The notes under the pieces: model-generated
What the model was told of the DNA's origin: nothing
The model's input: the letters and a program-made list of their open reading frames with translations, nothing else
Database searches by the model: none
DNA from: Spirochaetia bacterium
GTDB taxonomy: Bacteria > Spirochaetota > Spirochaetia > CADAEX01
DNA: 64,000 nucleotides
Assembly (NCBI GenBank): GCA_045606105.1
Contig: JAZURI010000009.1
Coordinates: forward strand, 67,611-131,610
Reading direction: 5' to 3'
Part shown: positions 62,366 to 64,000 of the stretch, piece after piece
Layout of the letters: each line of letters begins with the position of its first letter
Numbering within the stretch: the stretch's first letter is position 1
Program-made: the position numbers and the translations under genes

Positions 62366-63838
62366 ATGGACAAGGATCTGCAATCAATACAGGAAGTAAG
62401 GGATATGGTCGCAAAGGCCAAGGCGGCTCAGGTGGAGCTGGCTTCCTTTGATCAGAATAAAATAGACTCAATCTGCAGGGCCATGGCAGAGGCCTGTGCC
62501 GAAAAGGAAGAATATCTTGCCAAGCTGGCAGCTGAGGAGACCGGATTCGGAAAATGGGAGGACAAGGTCCTGAAGAACCGGCTGGGCAGCACCATAACCT
62601 ACGATTATATCAAGGATATGAAAACCGTGGGCATTATCAGGGAGGATAAGGAAAACAGGATGTATGAGGTGGCTGTACCTATGGGTGTCGTTGCTGCCCT
62701 GATCCCTTCCACCAATCCCACATCCACAGTCATGTACAAGAGTATCATATCCATAAAGTCGGGAAACTCCGTGGTCATCAGCCCGCATCCTAACGCAAGG
62801 AACTGTATCTACGAAACCTTCAAGGTCGTATACCAGGCTGCAAAGAGAGCCGGTGCTCCGGACGGGGTAATACAGTGTGCCACCATCCCGACCCAGGAGG
62901 GGACACAGGCCCTTCTCAGGCATAAGGATGTGGGAATCATCCTGGCTACCGGCGGCGAGGCCATGGTAAAGGCAGCCTACAGCTCCGGTAATCCGGCTCT
63001 GGGAGTAGGCCCAGGAAACGGACCGTCATATATCGAGAAATCAGCCGATATACAGGCAGCGGTAAGGCGTATCTTTGACAGCAAGACCTTTGACAACGGT
63101 ACAATATGTGCCTCCGAGCAGAGCATTGTCACAGAGGCCTGTATCAAGGATCAGGTTACCGATGAGGTAAAAAGACAGGGCGGTTATTTCCTTTCGGAGG
63201 AGGAATCGGCTCAGCTGGGAAAATTCATAATGAGGGCCAACGGAACCATGAATCCGGCCATAGTAGGAAAGGATGCATGCACCATTGCTGACAAGGCAGG
63301 TATCCGTGTACCGTCAGGAACAAAGGTTCTCATCTCGCCTCAGACCACGGTAGGAAAGGGAAATCCTTACTCAAGGGAGAAGCTTTGTCCTATCCTGGCA
63401 TTCTATGTGGAGGAAAACTGGAACGATGCCTGCGAAAGATGTATGGAAATCCTTTACAACGAAGGGGTTGGCCATACAATGACCATCCACAGCAGGGATG
63501 AAAGCATAATCAGGGAATTTGCAATGAAAAAGCCGGTTTCAAGGCTTATTGTCAATTCACCGGGAGCTTTGGGCGGCGTAGGTGCTACCACAGGTCTTCC
63601 GCCGGCTCTGACATTGGGATGCGGAGCAGTGGGAAAGACAGCGACATCGGATAATGTAAGCCCTCTCAACCTTATCAATATCAGGAGAGTGGCATACGGA
63701 ATCAGGGAGCTTTCGGAGCTCAGGGGAGAAAAGCCGGAGGAAAAGGGCAGGGAAGAAATCTGCCGGAAAACAGCCTCCATGCTCACACCTGAGGATATCG
63801 AAAGGATAACAAGGGCAGTTATAGCAAAATTAAAATAA
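62366..63838 (+). CDS. eutE: acetaldehyde dehydrogenase (acylating) with C-terminal encapsulation peptide
   Basis: PSTNPT, ATGG, GVGPGN, FDNGTICASEQ and REKL.P motifs; C-terminal PEDIERITRAVIAKL. Confidence 0.92.
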   Translation: MDKDLQSIQEVRDMVAKAKAAQVELASFDQNKIDSICRAMAEACAEKEEYLAKLAAEETGFGKWEDKVLKNRLGSTITYDYIKDMKTVGIIREDKENRMYEVAVPMGVVAALIPSTNPTSTVMYKSIISIKSGNSVVISPHPNARNCIYETFKVVYQAAKRAGAPDGVIQCATIPTQEGTQALLRHKDVGIILATGGEAMVKAAYSSGNPALGVGPGNGPSYIEKSADIQAAVRRIFDSKTFDNGTICASEQSIVTEACIKDQVTDEVKRQGGYFLSEEESAQLGKFIMRANGTMNPAIVGKDACTIADKAGIRVPSGTKVLISPQTTVGKGNPYSREKLCPILAFYVEENWNDACERCMEILYNEGVGHTMTIHSRDESIIREFAMKKPVSRLIVNSPGALGGVGATTGLPPALTLGCGAVGKTATSDNVSPLNLINIRRVAYGIRELSELRGEKPEEKGREEICRKTASMLTPEDIERITRAVIAKLK

Positions 63839-63870
63839 AATATAAAACAAAGTCATAGGAGGAGAAAGAT

Positions 63871-64000
63871 ATGGCTAACTTACAGGCACTGGGAATGGTG
63901 GAAACAAAAGGACTGGTAGGATCAATCGAGGCAGCCGATGCAATGGTAAAGGCAGCAAACGTAAGACTTATCGGTAAGGTACATGTAGGCGGCGGACTGG
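63871..64000 (+). CDS. eutM: BMC-H shell protein (EutM/PduA-like), 3'-truncated, not in ORF track
   Basis: AGGAGG SD; [43 protein letters not shown]. Confidence 0.9.
   Translation, partial: MANLQALGMVETKGLVGSIEAADAMVKAANVRLIGKVHVGGGL

Overview
64 kb of chromosomal, mostly housekeeping DNA that looks like a spirochete (class Spirochaetia). The assignment is inferred from archaeal/eukaryotic-type PheRS, a mitochondrial-EF-G1-like fusA, an Hbb-like HU after rpsT, a PUR/DUF3276 protein and the M23-bactofilin-YaaR-YaaT cluster. The window holds about 60 CDSs covering translation, amino-acid, pyrimidine and envelope functions, three tRNAs without encoded CCA (Gly-TCC, Glu-CTC, Gln-CTG), and at the right end the start of a Firmicutes-like ethanolamine microcompartment operon (eutA-B-C-L-E-M). 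I found no integrase, transposase, CRISPR array or prophage. The best leads are: (1) a defence-type SIR2-like gene coupled to the housekeeping sirtuin cobB; (2) two small proteins missing from the ORF track, a 56-aa zinc-ribbon protein before rpsT and a 39-aa membrane peptide in its own GGA-rich transcription unit; (3) about ten genes with leaderless-mRNA promoter geometry; (4) a protein ending in a HicA-like domain; (5) an orphan TAXI receptor and a saccharopine-dehydrogenase-like gene directly upstream of the eut operon; (6) degenerate GalK and HAD enzymes and a NUDIX-SGNH fusion. All family calls come from motif recognition by eye; no database searches were run.
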